DNA from: Octopus bimaculoides
Lineage: Eukaryota
Length of the DNA: 48,659 nucleotides
Reading direction: 5' to 3'
Assembly: GCF_001194135.2 (NCBI RefSeq)
Contig: NC_068985.1
Location: 5,706,295 to 5,754,953, forward strand
Shown: positions 36,000 to 47,779 of the stretch, piece by piece
Numbering within the stretch: position 1 is the first letter of the stretch
How the letters are laid out: each line of letters opens with the position of its first letter
Notes under the pieces: generated by a model
What the model saw: the letters and a program-made list of their open reading frames with translations, nothing else
Database searches by the model: none
Told to the model about the DNA's origin: nothing
Position numbers and translations under genes: made by a program

Positions 36000-36819
36000 A
36001 TATAGATATATACACATATCAATATATATATGTATATATATATATATATGTATATATAGATACATATATCCTTGGCTGTCTCAGCATGTGTATTGGTGTG
36101 TTTGAAATACAGAACTGTGTCTATCTATATAACTATCTATCTATAAATATATATAAATATGTGCACATATGTATACATGCACACGCGCACACGCACACAC
36201 ATATACATACATATATATAAATAAATATATGTATGTATGTATGCATATACATATATGTATACGTCTGCATGCATGTATATATATATATAAATATATATAC
36301 GATTGTGTATACGCTGCATGTTACGTCAACGCTAATTCGCCTCCTCTGATTGTAGTATCTTCTCGGATTTTTCTTTTCATCTTCGAATTCTCACCTCCTT
36401 TCCACTTCATATTCCAATTTTAGCATCGACCACTTTTTTTCAACACTTTTCCTTTTGTTTCACAGCTGCATGCCTGAAAACTGTCTTTTCCACTTCTATT
36501 TGCTTTTGTTTATGCAATTTTGCACGCGCAAATAAAACCTTCCATCTTGCTCTCACAGTCCTGCAGCTCTACTTCGACACACAAACACACGCACAAAGAG
36601 GTTATCACAGCCTCATCTTACACATCCACATACACAGCTGAAGATTACACATGCACCACCTTATGCTCATGTCTTACCAATACTTCCTTTCTACCACATT
36701 CGCACGCACACGTCCACCGCACGAACACACGCTCTCGTTCACGCTATTCTCCTCATGACGGCCTCCATCCACAGGCCTAGGCTTTTTATTCACATGCAAA
36801 CGTTTTTCATCACTTATTC

Positions 36820-37203
36820 TTTTATTCTTTTATTATTTTACTCGTTTCAGTCATTTGACTCCGGCCATGCTGGAGCACCACCTTTAGTCGAGCAAATCGA
36901 CCCCAGGATTTATTTTTTGTAAGCCTAATACTTAATATATCGGTCTCTTTTGCAGAACTGCTAAGTTCCGGGGAAGTAAATGCACCAGCACTGATTGTCA
37001 AGGGATGTTGGGGTGGAGGAAACACACACACACATATACGATGGGCTTCTTTCAGGTTCCGTCTACCATATCCACTCACAAGGCTTTGGTCGGCCCGAGG
37101 CTATAGTAGAAGACAATTGATGAAGGTGACATGCAATGGGATTGATCCCGGAACCATGTGGTTGGGAGGCAAACTACTTACCACACAGCTACTTCTGCTC
37201 CTA
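36820..37203 (-). mobile_element. SINE S1, near full length
   Basis: Colinear with 44731-45144. Confidence 0.9.
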
Positions 37204-37507
37204 TGTCAAATTATTTCTATTCTTAACCGTTAAATGCTTTTCTCTTCTTCCCAAAAGCTTATTCCTTGCTTTTTGGTTTTGATGAAGGACGAACTTCAGA
37301 AGCGTTAAGAAAAATACACAGTTGTGTAACTTATGATATGCATCACGGTACTGGCCTTCATATTTATTTATATCTAGCTTAGCACTAAAATTAGCTATGA
37401 AAGGGAACCATCGGTGTCTGCACTAAAGAGCAGTCAGCGATCCACGAAACATTCCTTCAGGAGTCTCCACATACTGTTTTACTGTGTACATGAATATTAA
37501 AAAAAAA

Positions 37508-37549
<42 letters not shown>

Positions 37550-37553
<4 letters not shown>

Positions 37554-37711
37554 AGATGGCCGGCTTCCTTCAGTTTCTGTCAATAAAATCCACACTTAAG
37601 TCTTTGGTCGGCCCGGGGCTGTAGTAGAAGACAGATGCCCAACTTTCCACCTAGTGGCATCAAATGTGGAGCTATATGGTTGGGATGGAAACTTCTTACC
37701 ACACAGCCTCA
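37550..37711 (-). mobile_element. SINE S1 5' half, diverged
   Basis: gcttccttcagtttctgtc..aaatccac..ctttggtcggcccggggctgtagtagaagaca..cttcttaccacacagcc. Confidence 0.75.
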
Positions 37712-37727
37712 NNNNNNNNNNNNNNNN

Positions 37728-37759
<32 letters not shown>

Positions 37760-38315
37760 ACACACACGCGGTTGCTTTTCGACAACGCACGAGAATGCAG
37801 CACGCACCGAGTAATATTAGAGTGAAAGAAATCCTTGGTGTTTAAACGCGCCGAAACTGTGATGATTTCGGTATCCAGAACTGATGAGAGCCTGTCCCTG
37901 TTTATTTGTCCATTTCGTTAATCGTTTCCATGTTCTCTTTCAATTTTTGACAACGATATCATCTATCTGCTAATGTCCTCCCACTCGCTATGAGTATTCT
38001 GGTCTTCTCTTTAATTCTCTTCCTCCCTCTTATTCTCACTGGTATCTAATGTCTGTCACTAATTTTCCCACATTCAGCTTTTCTCTCCCACTATCTCTCT
38101 CCCATTCTATCTTTACCTTCCTTTCTGTCCCTCACGTTTTACCTGATTTCTTTCACATTTACTATTTTTCACTTTCATTTTCTCATAATTCCTTGACCGA
38201 CTACAACCGCCATTGGGCACCAATCCTCAAATAATAATTTCGTTCAAGTTAAGACGCTCTTTAATTCTTCTAGATTTCGTTGACGGAAACTAAAGGAAGC
38301 CTGCCATTTACACGT

Positions 38316-38356
<41 letters not shown>

Positions 38357-38381
38357 NNNNNNNNNNNNNNNNNNNNNNNNN

Positions 38382-38424
<43 letters not shown>

Positions 38425-38429
38425 TTTTC

Positions 38430-38467
<38 letters not shown>

Positions 38468-39639
38468 CTGTATGTATGTATTTACGCAATTATCTCCCTT
38501 TCTTTCCTTGGAAATATATACATACATATGTTATGTATGTGTAGACATATGTATATATGTGTGTGCATGAATACGTACACACACACACACACACACTCAC
38601 ACAGACATATAGTTGCATGAATATGATTTGTGCTGTTTACCAAAGGAAAATTAAAACATAAATAATTTAAAGAGACGAACATCTTGCTTTACCCACACAC
38701 TTACATCTACAAACACACGCAATGCAACACGCATGTACGCTTATTCATATCTTCATAAACACATGCATGTTCTTATGCATACACACATACATGAATGAAT
38801 CTATATTAATATATAAATATTTTATCAACGTTTATGGAAAAACGCAAGCAACGTATGTTTAGACATTTTGTGTGCATTGTGGCAGAATGGAGGAGAATAA
38901 TGAAAAATGATTGAGAATAATGAAATATAAAATAGTTGAGAATGTATATAAATTAATATCTATGTTGCATATTTAGACTTTCAGTTTGTTTTGCAATGAA
39001 TTACATGTCTATAGTTATAGAAAATAAAGCATTTTGGATAGACTGATGGAATTAGCCTGTGTAGGATGAAATCTAGAAATTCTAAAGTAAAAAGGATTGA
39101 TAAAATATTTAGAATTCATAGAGGGTCGACATTATTATTATTCATGTGCTTGCATACTTTCAGTGGAATAGCGTTTAAGGGAATGTCATAATTGACAAAT
39201 AGATGGCGGTTGCGTCTAATGGAAGAAAGTTGTGTTGTAAGAAGCCCGGGTTGATGGTTAAATAGTTATTGCTTCGTGTAGAGACTGGAATTGATTGAAA
39301 ATGTGGGATTAATGGAAGATACCTGTAGTGAAGGAGATATTTATTCAATGAAAATCTTAGCCAGTCACCGTACATTCATGAAACTCTGAGTTGATCTCAA
39401 AGCTTTGTATAATCAAAGTATTTGTAAATTTTCTTATCCAATGGCTTCAAACCGGACGTGGTCCCTCCTGTTCATATCCTTAGCCAATGGATCCTATAAA
39501 GGCGCTGATGAGTTCCAGTTATGGTTTAAAGGGTCTCTATTCTCACATAAGTCGAAAACGAACTCATTCTGTTTTTGCCGAAGAATAGAACTTTATATAT
39601 GTACTGAATATTTGTGTGGTTGTTGGCGATGTTTTCCTT

Positions 39640-39849
39640 ATGTCTTTGGCATTCAGATTACTCTGCCAAATGTAATGCCTGGAATTAATCATGCATTATC
39701 TCACAGCCATACGATTTCTGTGATATGACTCTTTGCTTTAGGAATGGCATCGTACGATAAGTGTAAAAGAGGCTGGATATGGTTGGTTTGATGACAAAGG
39801 AGGTAGGATATTTAGGCTGGATATGGCCGGCTTGAATGATAAAGGTTGA
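39640..39849. mobile_element. Degenerate ~210-bp MITE-like element
   Basis: Terminal inverted match ctttggcattca (39644-39655) / tgaatgataaag (39833-39844), 10/12. Internal tandem ggctggatatgg x2. Confidence 0.5.
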
Positions 39850-40470
39850 GTCGAAACTGATTGTACAGAGCTGCGATCATAGGTATTCCAGCCGTGACGT
39901 TGCCACCTTTACTGCCATTTTAAAGGCATTAGGTTATTTTTGAAGGGATACTTGGTAGGAATCTCTACCATGATGATCGACCACTTTTGGGATATTTGGA
40001 AAATGCGGGACGCACACAAGAAAATATATGAAATGGTTTAAGAATGACGGTATGGCTGAGTTCAATGAATGAAAGTGCATGGCTTTGCTTGCGCTTATGA
40101 TTCTGTGTTTATGTATATGAGAGAGACATACAGAGAAGCTAGTATAGTCGAAACAAGAACTTCATTCTTTATGAATGGAGGAAAAACATGTAAATAATAA
40201 AACTTATGCATCGAGAAGAAAATATGAACTTAATAATATTAAGACCATCAATTTCGAGGGAGTGGGTAAGTCGATTTCATCTACCCTAGTGCACAACTGG
40301 TATGTGTTGCACTCATATTGTTACATATCATATGATAAGACTGCATCAATACAAATCAATAACGAAATATCTACATGAACGAACGACTTACTGGAAATAC
40401 CAGCTAAGTCTTAAAATTATAACCTGATTCTTAAAATGAAGAGCATAGAATTATGTAGGAAAGATTGTTC

Positions 40471-40597
40471 GCCAACACAATATGGCGGTCCTTGTTTAGG
40501 ACTAATGTTGCTGTGATTTAGGCCCAGGAGACATCGTCCCGATCTGACTATACGACACGATCTGTGTCCTAAACCAGGACTGCCATGTTATGTTGGC
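40471..40597. mobile_element. 127-bp inverted-repeat (MITE-like) element
   Basis: gccaacacaatatggcggtccttgtttaggac versus reverse complement gccaacataacatggcagtcctggtttaggac: 28/32 match. Confidence 0.7.
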
Positions 40598-42949
40598 AAA
40601 TAGTCTTTACTACAAAGTACTGTTGTTGAATATCTCACGTTGTGAGATTAAAAATAAAATAGTAATTTTCTAATTTATAACTCAGTGACTGGTTGTCACT
40701 TTGAAAACTATATATTTCGAACGGGAATTTCTGCGAGCTCACCGCCTCACCTGCAATGACAATATTACAATCGTTGTGGGTTTTTTTTCTAGGAGTGAAC
40801 AACGTGTTTCTGCTTGTTTACAATTGGATATCTTTGGCAGATTGCCGATTCATGAAACGTTACCTTTGTTCACAAAAGAGGTTTGACGGCGTAACGGGTA
40901 AATTTGCGAACGAGAGTTCTGCGTTGTTTTTCTATGCGGTTTTCAGTACTGAGTCAAATATTGTGTCAATGACTATATTTGTTATCGTAGTACGTGTATA
41001 TCGTTAGTGTTTGTCGAAAGCCTATTGTTTTTCTGTGTAAGATTTATGAGTAATTTGGTGATTGACTTTAATGCTCTGAATAAGTGTTGAAATTTTAGAG
41101 CATGTGTGGTTTTGTGACCTCAGATATTTGCCCTTGTCGGATGTTTGATGATAATGGATATATATTATGCTTACATCACATAGGATTTCATTTTGTCTTG
41201 GCTTTAGTATTTTGTTGAATTTGCTTAGATTTCAGATTCTGAGAATTTAACAGTATGAGTAGTTCTAATTATTTGGTAAGTCCAATGATTTCCTCAGGAC
41301 TGTGGATGTTTGTGATTTTATCTGGTTCTGAAGCTTTTGAGCTTTTAGAGTTTTCAATTGATTTTTCGGTGAATATTTGAAAAGTAGGGTTAAAATTGAC
41401 GTTTGAAAACAGCATAAATATACAAACCAGTTTGATACAAGAAATACACAAACCCAGTAAAGCAAGTAGCTTTAAAACCTCTCAGAAGGAAAATGAAATG
41501 CAGCATCAAGCAATTAAACAAGGATATTTCTTAAATATAAATCTAAAAAAACGCGTAGTAAAACGTTATGAGAAATAAACATTGTCATAAACAGCAATGG
41601 TCACATAACACATTATATCAAAAAAATAAAATTTAGAATATATATGTAACAACACCAAGCAAACCCGCTCATTATGCATTTCTCGAATGTCCAACGAAAA
41701 GACATCATCTACAACACTGAAAGTTTTATGAACAGTCACCTGATTAACAAATACCTGATTAACAATCACCTGATTAACCAGCGGACTAATCAAAATGAAA
41801 GCAATACATTTAAATAAACTAATTAACGTCCATTCTTTCAGCTTCGATGACAACGACAAGGGAAACATTTGGTATCATGACGCATACGTTGTATCAACAC
41901 AAAATCTTAATTCTAAGACACCTTTTCCCCGTTCAGCAGAACATTATATTACAAGACAGAAGAGAAGAGAAACGAAGAAGGTAAAAACTTGAATAACTTA
42001 CACAAAAAATTTACAGAAAGACAAACATGATTCAAAGAATATCCTAACAGATTCGGAAAATCCTGGGACTTGTTTTACGTTTGTATGTATGTATGTATGT
42101 ATGTATGTATGTATGTATGTATGTATGTATGCATGTATGTATGTATGTATGTATGTATGTATGTATGTATGTGTGCGCGTGTATGTATACGTATATACTA
42201 AGGATCTACCTGATTCTCTCTCCGACTATATAACTGATGGTTACTAAAGCTCTCTCTTAAGGATCTCCTTCGTTCTCTCTCTGTGAATTGAATAGATGAA
42301 AACTACATGGATTGCTGCTGTTCGTTTTCAGAGAATTGCACCATCTGCGCATCTATTCCTGAACCAGCTGTAAATGACAATTGGCATAGGTAACTTCGTT
42401 CTTTTCTTCTTAAGATCTATATTCTTGTGACAATTCAAAAATATATAAATGTTACAATCTACCCTGATATCAGTTGTTTGCCTGTTTATATTTCCCTTCA
42501 GTTATATATCATATTTTATCTTAATTTGTTTTTGCATATTTATTTTCATACTTACCTTCGGCAGTGTAGTACATATTTTTGTGATATTTGGACCTCTATT
42601 TATTAATGAAAACGATTAATCAAAATTTTTGTTTGTTATTTCTTGACGAAAAAAAAACATGGCTTTCGTCACGTCAGCATATACACACATACACAATACT
42701 CACACACACATAATGAATTTCATGGCGTGTCACTCAACACAAACACATTCCGCTAACTGTGACATATACACACATATAGTCTTCGCGCTCTCTAAGTTAA
42801 AAAAAAACTGGAATACATCAGTGTATTACTTTTGTTTGACTTTAACTTCCTCAATGTAGGATGGCCTGGGGGCCAGATGCTCCCAGGAATGACAGAGCAC
42901 TAGCAAGCACAGGTGAAGTCCCTGCTCCAACTTACCAATGCTTCTTTCA

Positions 42950-43116
42950 TGTATACGACGGGCTTCTTTCAGTTGCCGTCTACCAAATCCACTCAGAAGG
43001 CTTTGGTCGGCCCGAGGCTACAGTGGAAGACATTTGACCAAGGTGCCACGAAGTGGGACTGAACCCGGAACCATGTTGTTGGTAAGCAAGCTACTCAACA
43101 CCCAGTCACTCCTACA
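42950..43116 (-). mobile_element. SINE S1 5' half
   Basis: atacgacgggcttctttcagttgccgtctaccaaatccactc..gctttggtcggcccgaggct..gtgggactgaacccggaaccatg..ggtaagcaagctact. Confidence 0.9.
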
Positions 43117-43679
43117 TATATANNNNNNNNNNNNNNNNNNNNNNNNNNNNNNNNNNNNNNNNNNNNNNNNNNNNNNNNNNNNNNNNNNNNNNNNNNNNNN
43201 NNNNNNNNNNNNNNNNNNNNNNNNNNNNNNNNNNNNNNNNNNNNNNNNNNNNNNNNNNNNNNNNNNNNNNNNNNNNNNNNNNNNNNNNNNNNNNNNNNNN
43301 NNNNNNNNNNNNNNNNNNNNNNNNNNNNNNNNNNNNNNNNNNNNNNNNNNNNNNNNNNNNNNNNNNNNNNNNNNNNNNNNNNNNNNNNNNNNNNNNNNNN
43401 NNNNNNNNNNNNNNNNNNNNNNNNNNNNNNNNNNNNNNNNNNNNNNNNNNNNNNNNNNNNNNNNNNNNNNNNNNNNNNNNNNNNNNNNNNNNNNNNNNNN
43501 NNNNNNNNNNNNNNNNNNNNNNNNNNNNNNNNNNNNNNNNNNNNNNNNNNNNNNNNNNNNNNNNNNNNNNNNNNNNNNNNNNNNNNNNNNNNNNNNNNNN
43601 NNNNNNNNNNNNNNNNNNNNNNNNNNNNNNNNNNNNNNNNNTACACATACATACATATATTTATACACACACACACATA

Positions 43680-43716
<37 letters not shown>

Positions 43717-44730
43717 GCACAGACAAACTAATATTCTATCTACATTATACTTTATATCTCACATGCTTCGATCCACCCATTTGCCAGCCTACTTCAATGA
43801 TCTTCATGTATGTATGGGAGCGTCTCTGTGCACAGTTGTTAGGTTATAAATGTTTGTTTATTATTTGCTCGTCTGCGTGCATATCATTTATTTGTGTTGA
43901 GTTCGTTCTAAAATCAATATTAGAAACGCAGGAAATTAATACAGAACAGCGTAAATGATGCACTCAACGAATCCAAAATGTTTAACAAAGCATTTATCAG
44001 ATACAGCAAATCATTGCACATTAAAGATTCTCATCGCTGTCCGAAGATAAACTTTCTCTCTTTAATCTGACGATAATGGATTGTAAAAACTGCATTTGAA
44101 CTTGATTTTATTGGCATGTTTTTCAATCTAAATGTTTGCGGTGTTTGATAAAAATGTATTTTGATAAAATAAGAAATCACCTATCTGATTGCTGTTCATA
44201 AGTATGTACAAACGGTTTAATTGATTCCGAATATTTATAGTGGAGGTTCTCCATCAGTGTTGTCTTGGAATGCTTGAGTTTATTCGTTTATCTAACTGGA
44301 AATAATGCATGTGGTTTTAGTATCTTGACCGCCAAAACTTTTTTCTACAAAATAGGGGTAGTTTATCCTGTTCAGGCTATATTATTGGCATTATCATGCG
44401 TTTGAGAATTTAAAAATCACTTCCTTGACTTTCTAAGACATCTCAGCACTTATAAAGCAAACTTCGTTTGTTTGTTTAATTTCATCGTAATTTGAATTTA
44501 TGCGAAAATTTATTTTATTCATTTACTGCGGTGTATTTGACTTTGTATACAAACACACGCACATATATACGATGGGCTTCTTTCAGTTCAACCCTCACTC
44601 TCTGTATCATGTATGAAGCTAGGTCCACACAGAAACCAGTCAGTATCAGAAAAGGTAACGGATTCCACCCCACCCCCTTTTTCTCTCCCTCTATATCTCA
44701 AGTACATGACGACACACCTACATCTATATA

Positions 44731-45144
44731 CTCTTTTACTTGTTTCGGTTATTTGACTGTCGCCATGCTGGAGCACCGCTTTTAGTCGAGCAAATCGACC
44801 CCAGGACTTAGTCTTTGTAAGCCTAGTACTTATTTTACCCGTCTCTTTTGCCGAACCGCTAAGTTACGGGGACGTAAACACACCAGCATCGGTTGTCAAA
44901 CAATGTTGGGTGGGGGAGACAAACACAGACACACAAACATACACATACACACGTACATATATATATAAACACATAAACGACGGGCTCCTTTCAGTTTCCG
45001 TCTACCAGATCCACTCGCAAGGCTTTGGTCAGCCCGAGGCTATAGTAGAAGACACTTGCCCAAGGTGGCACGCTGTGGGACTGAACCCGGAACCATGTGG
45101 TTGGTAAGCAAGCTACTTACCACACAGCCACGCCTGCGCCTATA
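44731..45144 (-). mobile_element. SINE S1, full length, best-preserved copy
   Basis: Minus strand: ggcgcaggcgtggctgtgtggtaagtagcttgcttaccaaccacatggttccgggttcagtccca (box A/B-like), core, internal AT/GT repeat, tail ..ccgaaacaagtaaaagag. Confidence 0.95.
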
Positions 45145-45190
45145 TAAATATATATCCATAGTTATGAACTAAAAGACGGACAGATTTTAA

Positions 45191-45413
45191 CCCACTAATT
45201 GCTACTGTCCTATAAATAGGACACTAAATGAGAACATTAAATAATCTATATCACATTGTCTCAGTGTCCTATTTATAGGACACCCAGTATTTTCATTTCT
45301 ACTTGAAGTAAAGGAGTTTTAATAATTATTTTTACCATTTTAACCTATTTTCAATCATCTGTGAAAATTTAAAAGTAATATTCAGAAATTTAAGTACTCT
45401 GAGTCTTAATGGG
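45191..45413. mobile_element. 223-bp piggyBac-like MITE
   Basis: TTAA (45187-45190)|ccca-taa ... ttaatggg|TTAA (45414-45417). Internal 20-bp inverted repeat tgtcctataaataggacact (45206-45225) / agtgtcctatttataggaca (45263-45282). Confidence 0.6.
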
Positions 45414-45647
45414 TTAAGCAGAGGGCATCGGAAAGAAGGCCTGATTGATAAGGTCACGGATAGCGATAAAAGGACTTCGACAAACAACTGATCAATTGTT
45501 TAACCGAATGATTAGGCAAGCGCTCGATTAGTTAATTGGTTAAATAACTCACCATCTGACTATGACTTGAAATTAAGGCACAGGTTCTGCTGTTTTTGAG
45601 ATGAAGGGAAATCGATTATATCGACCCCAGTACTTGTCTAGAACTTT

Positions 45648-46027
45648 GGAGTGGCTGTGTGGTAAGTAGCTTGCTTACCAGCCACATTGTTCCGGTTTCA
45701 TTCCCACTACGTGGCACCTTGGGCAAGTGTCTTCTACTATGGCCTCGGGCCGACCAAGTGGATTTGGTAGACGGAAACTGAAAGAAGCCCGTCGTATTAC
45801 ATGTGTATATATGTGTGTGTGTGTGGGAGAGTCTGTTTGTGTTTGTCCTCCACCATCGCTTGCGAACCGATGCGGGTGTGTTTACGTCCCGTAAATTAAA
45901 CGGCTTGACAATGAAACCGACAGAATAAGTACTAGGCTCAGAAAGAACAAGTCCTGGAGTCGATTTGTTCGACTAAAGACGGTGCTCCAGCATGGCCGCA
46001 GTGCAGTGACTGAAACAAGTAAAAGAG
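45648..46027 (+). mobile_element. SINE S1, near full length
   Basis: ggagtggctgtgtggtaagtagcttgcttacc..cttgggcaagtgtcttctact..ggatttggtagacggaaactgaaagaagcccgtcgta..gtcgatttgttcgactaa..gactgaaacaagtaaaagag. Confidence 0.95.
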
Positions 46028-46781
46028 CACCGTTTACGAAATAAGGAAAACTAAAGTCATTCTCGGTGGCATTTGAACTTAGAACGTAAAAACGGAGGAA
46101 ACGCTAGTGAGCATTTTGTAGTGCATTCTATCCAATCTGCCAACCCACTGCTGTTGCTAATTGACTCATTGATTAAAAATAAAGAAGTAGAATTAAGCCA
46201 TTGCGTGTGTTTATTATTGGTCTAATTACTCTCCCTCGAGATACAGCAAAATGTATCTGAAAGAAACACTTGGAAAATATGAGTCATTATTGATGGTATT
46301 ACAGATATACCATTAACAGCGAAAGAGATCTTTTATACTAAATACATAGCTGACATTCCTTAAATATCGTCTATCAATGCTTTTATTAGTTGCAATCACG
46401 GAACGAATTATATACGATAATTTACTTAAATGCAATTAGTTAAAATATATCTACATTAATTTCGTTTTAAATATAAGATTGAAATGAACATATTGCGAAA
46501 GGTAGATTGGGGGGAAAAAAATTCAAGAAATAATATAAAATAGAATAACAATTTTATTGTAAATCACTATCATGTAATGGGGAAAATATCAATCAATTTA
46601 TCTTTGCCTAAATGAACAGATGGATTAAAACGTGTATTTAACTATTTAGATGATCTTCTATATTTCCACTCTCAGATGCGTTATCAGTCATATTTATCAT
46701 AATAATGAGTAAAATCGGATGTGTGTCTGTAAGATGTACGTGTCTCTACATGAGGTTGGAGATGTCGGCGTTTGCGTGAGT

Positions 46782-46883
<102 letters not shown>

Positions 46884-47091
46884 ATGAGTGTGTGTTTCTA
46901 ACTAAGGACTAGAAGGTGTCTGAAGGAAATAGAAAGAGGAGATTGAGGAGTAGGTGGAATGAGCAAAAAGCATTTATTAAAAGGGAAGGCTGTATAAATG
47001 GAACATATACACCGTGGAGAGAGGTAGATAGATAGATAAACAGATAGGGAGTTAGATAGATAGATAGATAGATAGTGAGATAGATATATAG

Positions 47092-47151
<60 letters not shown>

Positions 47152-47271
47152 TGTGTGTAACCGAAATGGAGTACAAAAGGAAATAGAAGGAATTGTTACT
47201 GATGCTTAGAGAAATATGAGTAGAAAATGGATGCAAAATTATATAGTCTTCATATATATAGAGAGAGATAG

Positions 47272-47357
<86 letters not shown>

Positions 47358-47450
47358 TGTGATGAGAGTGAGAGAAAAGAGAGAGAGAGAGAGGGTGAGA
47401 AAGGAGTGACTACTATTCGGTAGAAGATGGAGGTGTGGAAATCGCTGAGC

Positions 47451-47779
47451 TGGTACTCCGCCGCTTACGATAACGAGGGTTCCAGTTGATGCGATCAGCG
47501 GAGCAGCCTCCGCGTTGAATTTAAAGTGCATGTGGCTGAGCGCTCGACCGAGACGTGTACCCTTAACGCAGTTCTCAGGGAGATTGAGCGTGACACAAAG
47601 TGTAACAAAGTTGATCCCTTTGAATTCCAGTTACAACTAATTTTTTTGCCAGCTGTGTGGACAAGAACAACGTGAAACAAAATGCCTTGCTTAAGGACAT
47701 AATGCGCCGCTGGCGATCGAACTCCCGACCTTATGATTGTAAACCGAATGCCCTAACCCCTAAGCCACGCGCCTTCACA
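47451..47779 (-). mobile_element. Chimeric SINE: S4-type head joined to S3-type core and tail
   Basis: 47637-47779 matches S4 (gtgaaggcgcgtggctta..cagctggcaaaaa). 47451-47636 matches S3 (aattcaaaggg..gagaactgcgttaagggtacacgt..atcaactggaaccctcgt..ggagtacca). Confidence 0.8.

Larger units (their letters stand above)
693..43641. other. Thirteen assembly gaps (N runs)
   Basis: 693-702, 1449-1952, 5811-5820, 10093-10192, 10674-11160, 13706-13888, ~17154-17182, 19883-20010, 26354-26363, ~33657-33835, 37712-37727, 38357-38381, 43123-43641. Most abut microsatellites. Confidence 0.98.

Noticed and set aside
41265-41465. Protein-looking minus-strand ORFs (..SKASEPDKITNIHSPEEIIGLTK)
   Set aside because: Two overlapping ~60-aa frames of similar plausibility in A-rich sequence, with no motif and no donor site.
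42557-42600. Strong minus-strand donor AAG|gtaagt with a possible 40-nt exon
   Set aside because: Weak acceptor and no recognisable peptide (GPNITKICTTLPK or RSKYHKNMYYTAE).
1409-43849. ORFs dominated by X, or by poly-CV, HT, YI, I, N, M or H runs
   Set aside because: Translations of N-gaps and microsatellites.
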